In this document: positions 42,080-55,299 of the stretch, one piece after another
Layout of the letters: every line of letters begins with the position of its first letter
Position numbering within the stretch: position 1 is the first letter of the stretch
NCBI GenBank assembly: GCA_951406725.2
Contig: OX597817.1
Location: 78,306,001-78,370,000 of the forward strand
Direction of reading: 5' to 3'
DNA from: Octopus vulgaris
Lineage: Eukaryota
DNA length: 64,000 bases
Translations under genes and position numbers: made by a program
Notes under the pieces: generated by a model
What the model saw: only the letters and a program-made list of their open reading frames with translations
What the model was told of the DNA's origin: nothing
Database searches by the model: none

Positions 42080-42420
42080 TTTCTAGAACAAAGGCAGGAA
42101 GGATATATAGTGATATACATCTGTAAAATCCTGGAAGGATCTGTACCAAACCTTAGCAGTAAAAGTTAAGCAAACAACAGATAAGGGTGGTACTGCATAG
42201 TACCAAAGGTTGCAACATCACCATCAAGATATGAAATCAGATACTGCAACAGCTTGGTTTTCAAGGGCCCACAGCTCTTCAGTATCCATCCAAAAAGCCT
42301 AAGAGACCTACATGGGGTGAATGTAAGTATCTTCAAAATAAAACTAAATCTCCTCCTATCAAGAGTTCTGGATGAACCTACCTCACAGTAGGAAATTCAA
42401 ATGAAGGTAGCAAAATTCCT
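42080..42420 (+). mobile_element. CR1/L2-group LINE 3' coding remnant
   Basis: Reads LEQRQEGYIVIYICKILEGSVPNL...YCNSLVFKGPQLFSIHPKSLRDLHGVNVSIFKIKLNLLLSRVLDEP, like the SLERRR...WKIL.G...FK..LD..L C-terminus. Confidence 0.7.
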
Positions 42421-42450
42421 CATTCACCAAATGCTACACATCAGAGGAGG

Positions 42451-42494
<44 letters not shown>

Positions 42495-42879
42495 ATGTAT
42501 ATATATATGTGTGTGTATGTATGTATGTATGTATGTATGTGTGAGTATGTATGTATAATATGAAAGAAAGAGAAAGAAAATGGCATTCACAAGATTCTTT
42601 CTCTCATATTTCATAAACTCTAAGGACATGTAGGAATTCCCAAAGTAAATCCAGTGGCACTTATATCCATATGGTTTATGATATCAGGTAGGCGAATACA
42701 GGGAACAGACTTTAAACAGTATACTACAGGGTGTATACTCAAATTGAAAATGATTACACACATACATACACACACACACACAAGCAAATGCACACACACA
42801 AGCACATGCACACAAACACACACACACACACACATAGATACACATAGAGGGAGAGACAACATGAGGTTAGTATGCTATG

Positions 42880-43675
42880 CTGGATGTGTAATATAAGTGT
42901 ACAGGTTCGACAGTGCTAGTGTTTTGAGAGAGAAGTGAGGCATAAGAGGAATTAGTTGCTGTGTGCTAGAGAGAAGACTGCACAGGTTTGGTCATGAGAT
43001 GTGGTTGGATGCCGACAGCTCCAAAGAGAAGTGCTGATCTTTCAAAGTAGATGGAACACTTAGAAGTGGGAGACACAGGAATACATGAGGTGAAGTACTG
43101 AAGATCAACCTCAGGATGTTGAACCTTTCAGATGAGATGGCAAAGGACCACGATGCCTGGTGCCTTGTTGTACTTGTGAAGACTCATATTTTGTAGCAGA
43201 AGTGTTAAGACTGGTTACTCTGGTGGTGTGGATTGACCTAGAAGAGTCCTTAGACAGTGCTACATAAAAGCACCTGTGCTGTGCAACATAAAAATGCCCA
43301 TGTTGTTCCATGTAAAAGCACCCATGCAGTGCCATGTAAAAGCACCCAGCACACTCTGTAATGTGGTTGGCACTAGGAAGTTGCATTTAGCTATAGAAAA
43401 TACGCCAATAAGCCGGTGAGCTAGCAGTAACATTAGCACGCGGGGCGAAATGCTTACTCTTTACTCTTTTACTTGTTTCAGTCATTTGACTGTGGCCATG
43501 CTGGAGCACCGCCTTTAATCGAGCAACTCGACCCCGGAACTTATACTTTTGTAAGCCCAGTACTTATTCTATTGGTCTCTTTTTGCCGAACCGCTAAGTA
43601 ACGGGGACATAAACACACCAGCATCAGTTGTCAAGCAATGCTAGGGGGACAAACACAGACACACAAACACACACA

Positions 43676-43719
<44 letters not shown>

Positions 43720-44200
43720 TACGACGGGCTACTTTCAGTTTCCGTCTACCAAATCCACTCACAAGGCTTTGGTCGGCCTGAGGCTAAAGCAGAAGACACT
43801 TGCTCAAGGTGCCACGCAGTGGGACTGAACCCGAAACCATGTGGTTGGTAAACAAGCTACTTACCACACAGCCACTCCTGCGCCTCCTTAGCGGTATTTC
43901 GTCTGACTTTATGTTCTGAGTTCAAATTCCGCCGAGGTCAACTTTGCCTTTCATCCTTTTGGGGTCAATAAATTAAGTACCAGTTACACACTGGGCTTGA
44001 CGTAATCGACTTAATCCTTTTGTCTGTCCTTGTTTGTCCCCTCTATGTTCAGCCCCTTGTGGGCAATAAAGAAATAAGAAACCATGCCAAATCAGACTGG
44101 AGTCTAGTGCAGTGCCCCAGCTAGTCAGCTCTGGTCAAACCATTCAACACATACTAGCATGTCAATGAACATTAAATGATGATGCTAATGATGATTATGA
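42880..44200 (+). mobile_element. RTE LINE 3' end interrupted by SINE B (about 43409-44076), itself interrupted by SINE A (43457-43885, minus)
   Basis: ERRLHRFGHEM-like coding remnant at about 42970; the RTE 3' UTR resumes at 44077 and ends in (GAT)n. Confidence 0.75.
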
Positions 44201-45037
44201 TGATGATGATGATGATGATGATAATGATGGTGGTGGTGGTGATGGTGGTGGTGATGATGATGATGATGGCAATGGTGATGATGATGATGATGACAGTGAG
44301 TTAGACATTACCTTATTATATTTTGGAGTTAGCAGTGCAGGGAAGATTAAGTTTAAGAAACCTAGAAAACTTTTAACGAAAAGGAAAATAATGAAGTTCC
44401 AAAATAATGAAGAGATAAAATATTCATAACAATGATTCCAATATTTTTTTTTATCCTCAAATATAATTTCTCAATTGGCTAAAATATATTTTTTCCATAG
44501 CATAATAAGAAACAGCTAACTCAGTGTCTCTCCTTGTGTGTGTGTGTGTGTCTGTTTGTGTGTGAGTGTCTGTGTGTGATATAATATTATATATAATTTA
44601 TATGTGTGTGTGTATATATATATAAAATAATATATAACATTATATTACATATATATGTGTGTGGGTGTGTATATACACATTTAATACATATACACTCACA
44701 TATATATACACACATATACACACATATATGTATGTATATGTAGATAGATAGACAAACAAATAGATTAAGATATATACATGCATATATGCATAAATACATA
44801 CATACATACGTAAATCAATTCTTTACAATTTCCTCACTTGTATGTAAACAAATATTTACTCAAAGGCAAACAGACAGTGCAAAATATGAGTGTATATATA
44901 TATATATATATATATGCATATATATACATATATATACATACACACACACAGAGATTCATACATACATATAATATACATACGTATATATATATATATGTAT
45001 ACACACACACACACACATATATGTATATATGTATATA

Positions 45038-45088
<51 letters not shown>

Positions 45089-45216
45089 ATATATACACAC
45101 ATATATATATATTGATATACTGAATATATATATATGTATTTATGTATGTATGCATGTATGTGTGTATGTGTGTATATATGTATGTGTATATATATGTATA
45201 TGTATATCTATCTATC

Positions 45217-45253
<37 letters not shown>

Positions 45254-46132
45254 ACAAACAATTTAGCTTCTTTATATAAGAAACATATGTATATGGAATT
45301 AAATTTGCGATTACAAATATTTTGGAACTTTCATAATATATATATACACATGAAAATATATATATTTGAGTGTTAAAGTCAAAATGTGTATGTATGTGTG
45401 TGTGTGTGTGTGTGTGTACATATTGTTATTTAAAAACAAGCAATAATAGATTGTAACATTTTTGCATAAGTATTAACAGGACCATATCGAAAGTAAAGTT
45501 TCTTTATATATAAAGGAAAGAAATAGTTAAGAGAAAAATAAAAAAATATATAAGCTTATAAATGATATGCAACAAAAATAATAACATTTTTATAATTCAT
45601 ATTTTTGATTTCTTGTCAATTTAATCAGTATTGATTTGATTAAAGGTAAAATACTTCTTGAATCTTAGAAATACTTAATGAAAAGTTTTAGTGAAATATC
45701 AGGGATACTTGAAAGAAAATTTTTTGTTTCCAAAATATCTCCATATGTGTTTCTAACATAATCAATCCAATTCAATTATTTCACTGAGCATAAGATAAAT
45801 TTGAAGTGAAAAAAGAAAAAAAAAACAAGAAAGTAAAATGAAAAATAAGGAAGAGGTCTTAAAAAAAGAGAATAAATAAATATTTGGAAAAATTTTTGAT
45901 GTAAAGTAAAAACAATATCTAAACAAATGTTGAGTAACTACCTCAAAACAATGCAATTTAAAAAAATAGAATGCAATAATAATAATAATAATAATAATAA
46001 AGACGAGGCTGATGATAATAATAATGATAATAAATGCCACGAACAAGTCAAAAGATTGACATAAATTTCATAAGTAAAAATATGACTGTTTGGGAAATGG
46101 ACAGCAATAAAATTTACAAAGAAAAATGTGTA

Positions 46133-47190
46133 CAGAGGTTGGACAAAATAATGGAAACACCTTAAAATTTCAAACAAATTTATTTTAATATGGGGTAGGA
46201 CCACCTTTCGCAGTAATTACTGCTTGAATTCTATGAGGTATGGACTTGTACAAAGTTTGAATTGTTTCCAAAGGAATTTTTGTCCATTCTTCAGCTAAAA
46301 CAGTCTCCAGTTCTTGTAGTGATGATGTGGAGGATATCGACTCCTTACTTATTTTTCTAAAATGCACCATAAATGTTCAATAATATTGAGATCTGGGGAC
46401 TGTGGTGGCCAGATAAGACGTTCAACTTCACTGGAATGTTCCTTGTGCCATTCAGTAACAACTTTAGCTATGTGAATTGGTGCATTATCATCCTGAAAGA
46501 TTGCATTTCCCTCCGGAAACAGTTCTGCAACCATAGGATGAATTTGATCTGATAAAATGTTTAAATAGTCTTGATTATTAATTCTGTCATGAAGGGAAAC
46601 CTTTGGGCTGGCAGATTTCCAAGATATAGTCCCCCTCCCCCAGATCATCACAAATTCTCCTCCATGTTTAACAGTTGATAGAAGGCAGTCTGGGTCAAAT
46701 GCTTCTTCTGACTGTCTCCATATGTATACTCAGCTGGTGGTCAAAAATAGGAAAAAGGATGACTCGTCCGAGAAAATAACATTCTTCCTCTGATCTAGGG
46801 ACCAATACTGTAGGTTTCTTTTACTCCACTCAAAACACTTTGCAAATTTTTGGTTTTGAATGTAGTGGTTTTCTGTGAAACCTGGCTTTGTATAGTTCCT
46901 GGCAAATAGTTTTTGTGGAAACTTGGTTCTCACGGTGGTCATTAAGCTCTGCAGTAATTTTGGGAGCTGTACTTTTGTGATCCTTTCTAATAATTCGTGT
47001 AAGAGTCTGATGGTCCCTATCTGAATGTTTTAATTTTCTTGCAGAGTTTTGTTTGGATGAGGAGGTTTTTTCCCCTCTTTCTCAAAGGCTGTCATTTCTT
47101 TCAAGACAGTTCTTGATACACCAAACACTTCGGCTGTTTTCATTATGCTAGCACCTGCCATATGAGCACCAATAATTTGACCTCTTTTTT
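46133..47190 (-). mobile_element. Tc1-family transposon remnant (DD36E), 5'-truncated, frameshifted transposase, 3' TIR present
   Basis: RGQIIGAHMAGAS, VIFSDES, FQDDNAPIH...SPDLNIIEHLW and IQAVITAKGGPTPY; end reads TA|CAGAGGTTGGACAAAATAATGGAAACACC. Confidence 0.92.
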
Positions 47191-47404
47191 GGATACATGT
47201 ATAGAAATGGGAAAATGTTACCTTGCTACAAATCAGGTGAGAGTTGGCAACAGAAAGGGCAGTGGGCCATAGAATATATGCCTCAAATAAACTCTGACCC
47301 ATGCAAACATTGAAAAGTGGATGCTAAATTATGACAATGATGATGATGATATATAAATACACACAAACATACACACACACACAGACACACAGACACACAC
47401 ACAC

Positions 47405-47475
<71 letters not shown>

Positions 47476-48405
47476 TATAAAAACCCATGTAATTTGTACA
47501 CCTGTGTAATTTATGCAGGTGATTTTCAGGATAAAAATTTCTAAAAAAAAAAAACGCCTCTACTCATGTAAAATTCCCACCCAAAAGTTTTCAGAATTGC
47601 TGATAGGACCAAGGGAAAAAGGTTTTCAATTTAGTTGTATTTAGCATAATTTCACTTACTAATGATTAGATTTTATTAAATTTTCAATAAATGAAAATAA
47701 TTTCTGTTTAACAGATGTCACATTGACAGCTATTAAATTGCAAAGCGTTTGTGTTTATAATAAATATTTTTTTACATTTCTTGCCCACAAGAGATTATGT
47801 CCAATCTTTAGCATGCTTCTGTATGTCTTCTGAAATTACAATCACAGGAAAAGTTGTTGATAATTCTTATCAACAAAAACAAAGCTGATAAACATGCACA
47901 AGTGTTGGAAAATAAGTTTAATTACCAATAAACATCAGCTTGGATGACACTTTACTCAACCGACAGAAGAAGGTAACCGATCAAACTGATTATGTAAACA
48001 GAATTCTGATTGGTTGAAAGTGTCTTCTTGTCTCTAGTTCTGATTATCTGTCTATTCTTGTCAGAACCTTTGATATGGAGTATCAAAATTTTAATCCCTT
48101 TCTCACATATAAAATGTCAAGTGAACTTAAAAATTTGTCATTACTATTTTAGCCGGGAGACCAAACTGATACTTTGGTAACCCGCTAAAGTTAATGTTAA
48201 AAACTGAAAGGAGAAAATAAATAGTTTTGCAAGTTTGATTCAGTGTTTATTGAACAAGAGAGGTGTGAAATTTAAGAAGTGACTTGTTAGAATATACACA
48301 TCTGTGAGGAGACATAAACAAGAACAGCAAAAATCTACTACACCAAAAGAACTGGTAATACATACATAACTAAAGCAAGTAAAATAATGCAAGAATATAT
48401 ATATG

Positions 48406-48439
<34 letters not shown>

Positions 48440-48509
48440 TGTATCTTTCTATCTATCTATCTATCTATATATGTGTGTGTGTGTATGTATATATATGTAT
48501 GTGTATATA

Positions 48510-48541
<32 letters not shown>

Positions 48542-48607
48542 TATGTATATATATATATATATGCATATAAATTACATATATGTGCATGTATATATGTATA
48601 TATATAT

Positions 48608-48903
48608 GTAAAAAGCACGTAAAAAGCACCATCCGTTCGTGTCCATTGCCAGCCTCGCCTGGCCCCCGTGCCGGTGGCACATAAAAAGCACCATCCGTTC
48701 GTGGCCGTTTGCCAGCTCTGTCTGGCACCTGTGCGGGTGGCACGTAAAAAGCACCCACTACACTCACGGAGTGGTTGGCGTTAGGAAGGGCATCCAGCCG
48801 TAGAAACACTGCCAGATCTGACTGGACCTGATGAAGCCTTCTGGCTTCACAGACCCTAGTTGAACCGTCCAACCCATGCTAGCATGGAAAACGGACACTA
48901 AAC

Positions 48904-48935
<32 letters not shown>
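48608..48935 (+). mobile_element. RTE-type 3' UTR with ~62 bp internal tandem units and (GAT)n tail
   Basis: taaaaagcaccatccgttcgtg...gtggcac repeated; gtggttggcgttaggaagggcatccagc...ccaacccatgctagcatgg shared with 27280-27427, 34260-34530 and 47235-47350. Confidence 0.75.
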
Positions 48936-48939
<4 letters not shown>

Positions 48940-49434
48940 ATATATATATATACATATAAATTACATATGTATATGCATGTACATATGTGTATGTATGTAT
49001 GTATGCATTATGTATGTATATGATAAATGCTGTACCATGCAGTACCACTTACTTATTAGTGGCAATAACAACACAATGAAAGAAGTGTTGTAGTGGAGAG
49101 TAGCAGGATTCTGTGAAATGGTTCTGTTTCTAGGTTGAAGTAATTTCAATTATCTTACATCACTGATATTATTTCAAAATGCATGAACATCACAGAATCT
49201 TAGTTCTTATTTCTCCCTTTGTAAATTTCTGCTTTTGTGCCCAAGAAATTGAATTAATACTGAGAGCTCCAAGGTTGAAATCTCATCTAAGCCAAATTAC
49301 CTTTGAACTTCTTAATTTAATCAACTATTTTACTTCAAATACCTTCTAATCACCTTATACATAATCTAAGAAAGCATCGTTGAAATAATTTCTGTTGCTA
49401 TTTCTGTTGATATTGTTTTTGCTGTGAACTTTTT

Positions 49435-49667
49435 ATCTTTTGCTTGTTTCAGTCATTGGACTGCAGCCATTCTTGGGCATTACGTCGAAGAGTCTTAGTC
49501 AAAGAGATTGCCTCAAGTAATTATTTATTATAGCCTGACACTTATAATTCTGTCAGATACTTTTGTCGAACTGCTATGTGATGGTGACATAAACAAACCA
49601 ACACCAGTTGTCAAGTGGTGATGGTGGTGGTGGTGGTGGTGGGGGGGGGGGGGGGCAAACATGAATA

Positions 49668-49710
<43 letters not shown>

Positions 49711-49865
49711 AACAATATTCCACACCGTTTCCATCTACTAAGTTCACTCACAAGGCATTGATAGGCCCAGGTCTATAGCAGAAGACACTAGCCCAGAGTA
49801 CTACCAAGTGGAACTGAACTCAAAACAATACAGTTACAAATGAGCTTCTTTATCACACAACTATG
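49435..49865 (-). mobile_element. SINE family A (older, diverged)
   Basis: Diverged match to 29990-30380. Confidence 0.7.
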
Positions 49866-50707
49866 TTGATTGGATAAGTTTTCTTTTAATTATTTATTAA
49901 TTTATTATATTTATTCATTACAAGAGTTTTTGTTTCCTGTCACATGTTATGTTGTGTTGATGAGTCCAAAAGGTGGATGAAATATTGTTATTCACAACTA
50001 CTATAAGAACTTTATCACATGGAAATGAAGAAAAATAATTTAATGAAGACTTAAATGGAAATATATTTATTTTCTTCACTATTTACTATAATTTAAATTT
50101 AAATTACTCAACATGCTTAAAGCTAGAAGTGATTCTCTCTTCTTCAGTAGTAGTCAATCATGTGTAAACACAAACACACACACACACACAACAACAACAA
50201 CAAATACACTCATACACATAAATACACACACACACAACAACAAATACACTCATACACATAAATACACACACACAACAACAACAACAAATACACTCACACA
50301 CACAAATACACACACACACACAACAACAACAACAAATACACTCACACACAGAAATACACACACACACATGCACACAAACACACACTCACACACAAAAAAC
50401 ACGAAACACACACAAGCAAAAATATATATCATTGTTTTAATGTCCACTTGTCCATACTTGCAAACATTGGATGGAATTTGTTGAGATTTTCTACGACTGG
50501 CTGCCCTTCCTATAATCAACGCTTAGCTTTCTCTAGGGAAGGTAATGTTTCCCCATGATCAGACACTTTCATAGAAGATTGGAAATGAAAGACATCATTT
50601 GCATGACGGTGACACTCATTTACAACCATCCCATGATGTCAAGGCAAAGAGACAGTAACACACACACACACACAAACACACATATAAACACACACACATA
50701 CAAACAC

Positions 50708-51260
50708 ACACGAGCAAAACGCCCCCCCCCATCCAATGGACGGTGCTGAGTTGTCAAGCATTTAAACCAAATTTTCTCAAAACAACTTGTCCGACTGTCC
50801 CATAGGCCTCTCCTTTGAGAAACACTTATTTAACCAAAATTTGAGACACCAGCAAAAGAAGAAATAAAGATTGGTTTTTTTTCTATCCCAAAGAAAAACG
50901 ATTTTATTCACACAAATATGCAACCGAAGAATTTAAAATACCAGTAATGATAAGGCTGTTGACTGGGAGAACACAAACATGGTTTAAACAGTAAGCTTGG
51001 CAGGAAAGAAACAGTACAAAAACAACAAAAAAGGGAAGGTGCAGTTATGTACAGGTTGATGGAAGAAAAGCAGGACAAAAACTGCTTTATCGATCGCATT
51101 CTCACCTGAAATCGATTTTTGTAATTTTTTTAAGACTTATGCATGCCCCATTACTGTCAGTATCTACATATCAAATTTGAGCGCAATCGGATGGAGGATG
51201 CCCAAGATCTGAGAAGACACACACACACACAGACAGACAGAATGGATTTTATATAAGAGG
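50708..51260 (+). mobile_element. Possible non-autonomous Helitron/Helentron-like element
   Basis: 3' region aaatttgagcgcaatcgg...(AC)n(ACAG)n...ttttatataag resembles Lep1/DINE-type rolling-circle elements; only one copy here. Confidence 0.35.
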
Positions 51261-52470
51261 TATATATATAATATTACTAATTTCATATATCTGCTGATAG
51301 TTACTATAAATTTTCGTATATGTATGTAAATTTGCATGTATCCATAATTTCCTTTGTTTCTGCTTTCTACATTTTGAGCTGCAGGGACCTAGAGAGAAAA
51401 ACGAAAATATTCATTATCATCATCATCATCATTATTATTATCATTATTATTATTATTTGCTTTCCAATCTTTAATTCATCCCTTTGTCTATCTTTCATGT
51501 CTTTTTTTCTTTTTTATAATTCATCTTTTGTCTTTCATTCTTTTTGTATTTCTTTCTTTGTTTCTTTCTCTCTTTTTTTTTTCTTTCGAGACAACAAGTC
51601 CTTATAATAATTACACAGCTCCCTTAATAACTGAATGGCTTTTGGTTAAAACTATGTACATTATAATTGAAAAAAAAAAAGAAGAAAAAATCACCCACCG
51701 AAAATCAGAACAACAAACAAAACATATCTCAAATAAACATATAATAATAACAATAATAATAATAATAATAATAATAATGATAATAATAATAATAATAATA
51801 ATAATAAAAGAAATCATATAAAAAATAGAAATAAATAAATACACGCTGAATGTAGTACAACTATAATGAAATAAAATAGGTAAACAAAATTCCCCTCCGT
51901 CCACTTGCGACCCCTTCTGGCACTACTGCAACCAACCTGTATGATGAGTAATGTTTTCTTCATGTTTTAGTATGACTAAATACTAGTCATACTAAAAGAT
52001 CAGGAAGTGGCAGTTAGAGTAAGGAAGTAAATATAGTGCTGTAAGAGAGTGGAGTCTGTAGAAGGTGGGGGAGAGAGATGGTGTTGGAGAAAAAAGAGGG
52101 AGAGAAAAAGAGGTTGGTGTTGAAGGTAGCCAGTGGATAGTAAAAAAAAAATGTGGAATTATGATTAATGAAAAACAAAAAGAAAGGTGAAAACGAAGAA
52201 GGCTACTAGATAATCAATTAAAGAAGTTAAGCAACAAATTGTACCAAGTGATCGTACCTACCCTGCACTACCAGACCTGACCTCACCTCCGCATACTTTC
52301 CAATGAATGAATGTACAGGTGCTCCATCATTGACCCATACTGACATTAAGGGTGTCAGGAGGTCACGTGTGCTTATAGCTTTATGGTACAAATTGAATTT
52401 GTCCAAAAAGAGAGGATCAGGTTTCTAATCCCCTTCTCTCTCAACTTCTTTTTATCATCATCATTATTGA

Positions 52471-52537
<67 letters not shown>

Positions 52538-52569
52538 CCTACTGGAGGAGTTATCTCAATTCTATAGAA

Positions 52570-52607
<38 letters not shown>

Positions 52608-52614
52608 CCTTTGC

Positions 52615-52965
52615 TAGGTGACAAGCTGGTGTAATTGTTAACATGCCAGGCAAAACGCTTAGCAGCATTTCGTCTGCCTTCACATTCTGAATTCAAATTC
52701 CACTGAGGTCAACTTTACTTTTCATTCATTCAGGGTCATTGAAATAAATATCATTTACACACTGGGTTTGATGCAATCAGTTTTTCCCCTTCCCACAAAA
52801 TTTTAGGCCTTGTACCTACAGTAGAAGGGATTATTATTTCCTCTTTGTAATGTGGCAGGCTGGCCAAATTGTTAGCATGCCACGCAAAATGCTTAATTGT
52901 ATTTTGTCCATCTTCGTGTTCTGAGTTCAAATTTCACGGACATTGACTTTGCTTTCATCTTTACA
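52615..52965 (+). mobile_element. Two tandem SINE family B-type copies
   Basis: agctggt...gttaacatgccagg...gaattcaaattcc, then a second head at about 52853. Confidence 0.7.
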
Positions 52966-52974
52966 AGGATTTTT

Positions 52975-54026
52975 AGGTCAAATTATTGGTGCACGTATGG
53001 CAGGCACTAGAATAACAAAAGCAGCCAAAATGTTTGGTGTATCAAGAAGTACTGTCTCAAATGAAATGACAGCCTTTGAGAAAGAGGGTAAAACCTCCTT
53101 GTTGAAACAAAACTCCGGAAGTAAACCAAAACTTTCGAATAGGGACCGTTGAACTCCTACGCAAATTGTTAGAAAGGATCACAAAAGTACAGCTCTCAAA
53201 ATTACTACAGAGTTTAATGACCACATTGAGAACCCAGCTTCCACAAAATCTGCTTGCCAGGAGCTTCACAATGCTGGATTTCATGAGAGGGCTGTAAGCA
53301 GAAAACCACTACTTTCCAAAACACACATTGCAAAGCATTTAGAGTGGAATAAAAAATTACAGAATTGGTCCCTAGAGCAGTGGAAGAATGCTATTTTGTC
53401 GGATGTGTCATCCTTTTTTCCCACCGGTTGAGTATATGTGTGGAGATAGCCGAAAGAAATATTTGACCCAGACTGTCTTCTTCCAACTGTTAAAAATGGA
53501 GGAGGATCTTTGATGATCTGAGGTGGGGGCTATATCTTGGAAATCCACTGGCCCAATGGTTTCTCTCCATGGCAGAATTAATAGTCAAGACTATTTATGC
53601 ATTTTATCTGATCAAATTCATCCTATGGATGTGAAACTGTTTCTGGAAGGTAAGGCAATCTTTCAGGATGATAATGCACCAATTCACACAGCTTAAGTTG
53701 TTACTGAATGGCACAAGGAACATTCTAGTGAAGTTGAACATCTTATCTGGCCACCACAGTCCCCAGATTTCAATATTATTGAACATTTATAGTGCATTTT
53801 AGAAAAACAAGTAAGGAGTCGATATCCTACACATCATCACTACAAGAACTGGAGACTGTTTTAGCTGAAGAATGGACAAAAATTCCTTTGGAAACAATTC
53901 AAATTTTGTACGAGTCCATAGCTCATAGAATTCAAGCTGTAATTACTGCGAAAGGTGGTCCTACCCCATATTAAAATAAATTTGTTTGAAATTTTAAGGT
54001 GTTTCCATTATTTTGTCCAACCCCTA
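52975..54026 (+). mobile_element. Tc1-family transposon remnant (DD36E), same family as 46133-47190, 5'-truncated
   Basis: GQIIGARMAG...FGVSRSTVS, FQDDNAPIH...SPDFNIIEH and IQAVITAKGGPTPY; ends GGTGTTTCCATTATTTTGTCCAACCCCTA|TA. Confidence 0.92.
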
Positions 54027-54035
54027 TATATATAT

Positions 54036-54232
54036 AGTTAATCCAAACATGAACAAAGAGAAAACACAACAACGTGAAGAACAAGTATAAGGCTATTAGA
54101 TGCTCAGGAAAGGAAAGAAAGGAGGGCTTAACGTTTCGAGCAGAGCTCCTCATCAGAAACATAGAAACAGGAAAGGTCCAAGGAAGGGAAGACGGAGAAA
54201 AAAAAAATTGTCAACGATACACACGCAGTCAC
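54036..54232 (-). mobile_element. Penelope-like pLTR-type remnant, second copy of 27432-27632
   Basis: Reverse-complement homology to 27432-27632; abuts (TA)n. Confidence 0.65.
54126..54160 (-). ncRNA. Minimal type I hammerhead ribozyme motif (Penelope type)
   Basis: GUUU-CUGAUGA-G-GAGC-UCU-GCUC-GAAA-CG-U-U-AAGC: intact CUGANGA and GAAA core, stem II GAGC/GCUC, stem I GUUU/AAGC, palindromic AACGUU in place of stem III. Confidence 0.6.
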
Positions 54233-54263
54233 ATATTGGATAGTGAATGTGTGTATGTATACA

Positions 54264-54380
<117 letters not shown>

Positions 54381-54645
54381 ATATGTACATATATGTATAT
54401 ATATATGTATATATATGTATATATATATGTGTGTATATGTACATATATGTATATATATATGTATATATATATATATATATGCGTATATATATATGCATGC
54501 GTACATGTATATATATGCATATATGTACACTTACACACATGCACACACATGCACAAACACACACAAACATATACACATGCATACACAGACATACACACAC
54601 ACATGTATATTATATCTGCAAGAGACAACTTAGGCAAATAAAGTA

Positions 54646-54694
<49 letters not shown>

Positions 54695-55238
54695 GAAATT
54701 AAAGGCCCATCTCGTCGCTTACAGATTAAAATTATGTATTTGACATCTGCTTCAACATAAGCTACCAGTGAAACCTACTTATTTAGTCATCTGCAAACAT
54801 TTAGATACATCGACAACACAGCAGACGAATACTACAATAACATATTAAAAAAGCCATCTCGGTTAATGAAAACAAAGATGAAGCAGACGTTTGTATGAAA
54901 ATAGCTGTACCATTGTTAGAGATGCTGTTAGGCCCTGATTCTTCTTCCTCTTATAAGAACACAATGAAAGACTTGTTTTTACAAGTAAGCAGTTTTGCAT
55001 TCAATTCCACTGTGTGACATCTTGAGCAGGTGTCTTCTGCTATGGCTTTATAGGTAAGAATTGATCGCTAAATGTAGAACAAGCCAATCTGCAAAATTTT
55101 ACTGAAATTATAACTTGTAAGTGGAATTTGGTAGATGGAAACAGTGTGGAAGTCCATGATGCATACACACACATATATATTATTCCACACACACGTACAT
55201 ACACATACATATATAAATACATACACACACATACACAC

Positions 55239-55279
<41 letters not shown>

Positions 55280-55299
55280 TGCATATGCATAACAAAAAG

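Noticed and set aside
47474-47600. Possible pogo/Tigger-like transposon end
   Set aside because: Only a vague resemblance; no partner TIR or coding remnant found.
48608-48755. CRISPR-like repeat-spacer array
   Set aside because: Eukaryotic context; the units are whole tandem duplications in a LINE 3' UTR, with no unique spacers or cas genes.
48825-48860. CTGATGA followed by hairpin agcc-ttct-ggct as a hammerhead
   Set aside because: No GAAA box after the stem and no stem I partner.
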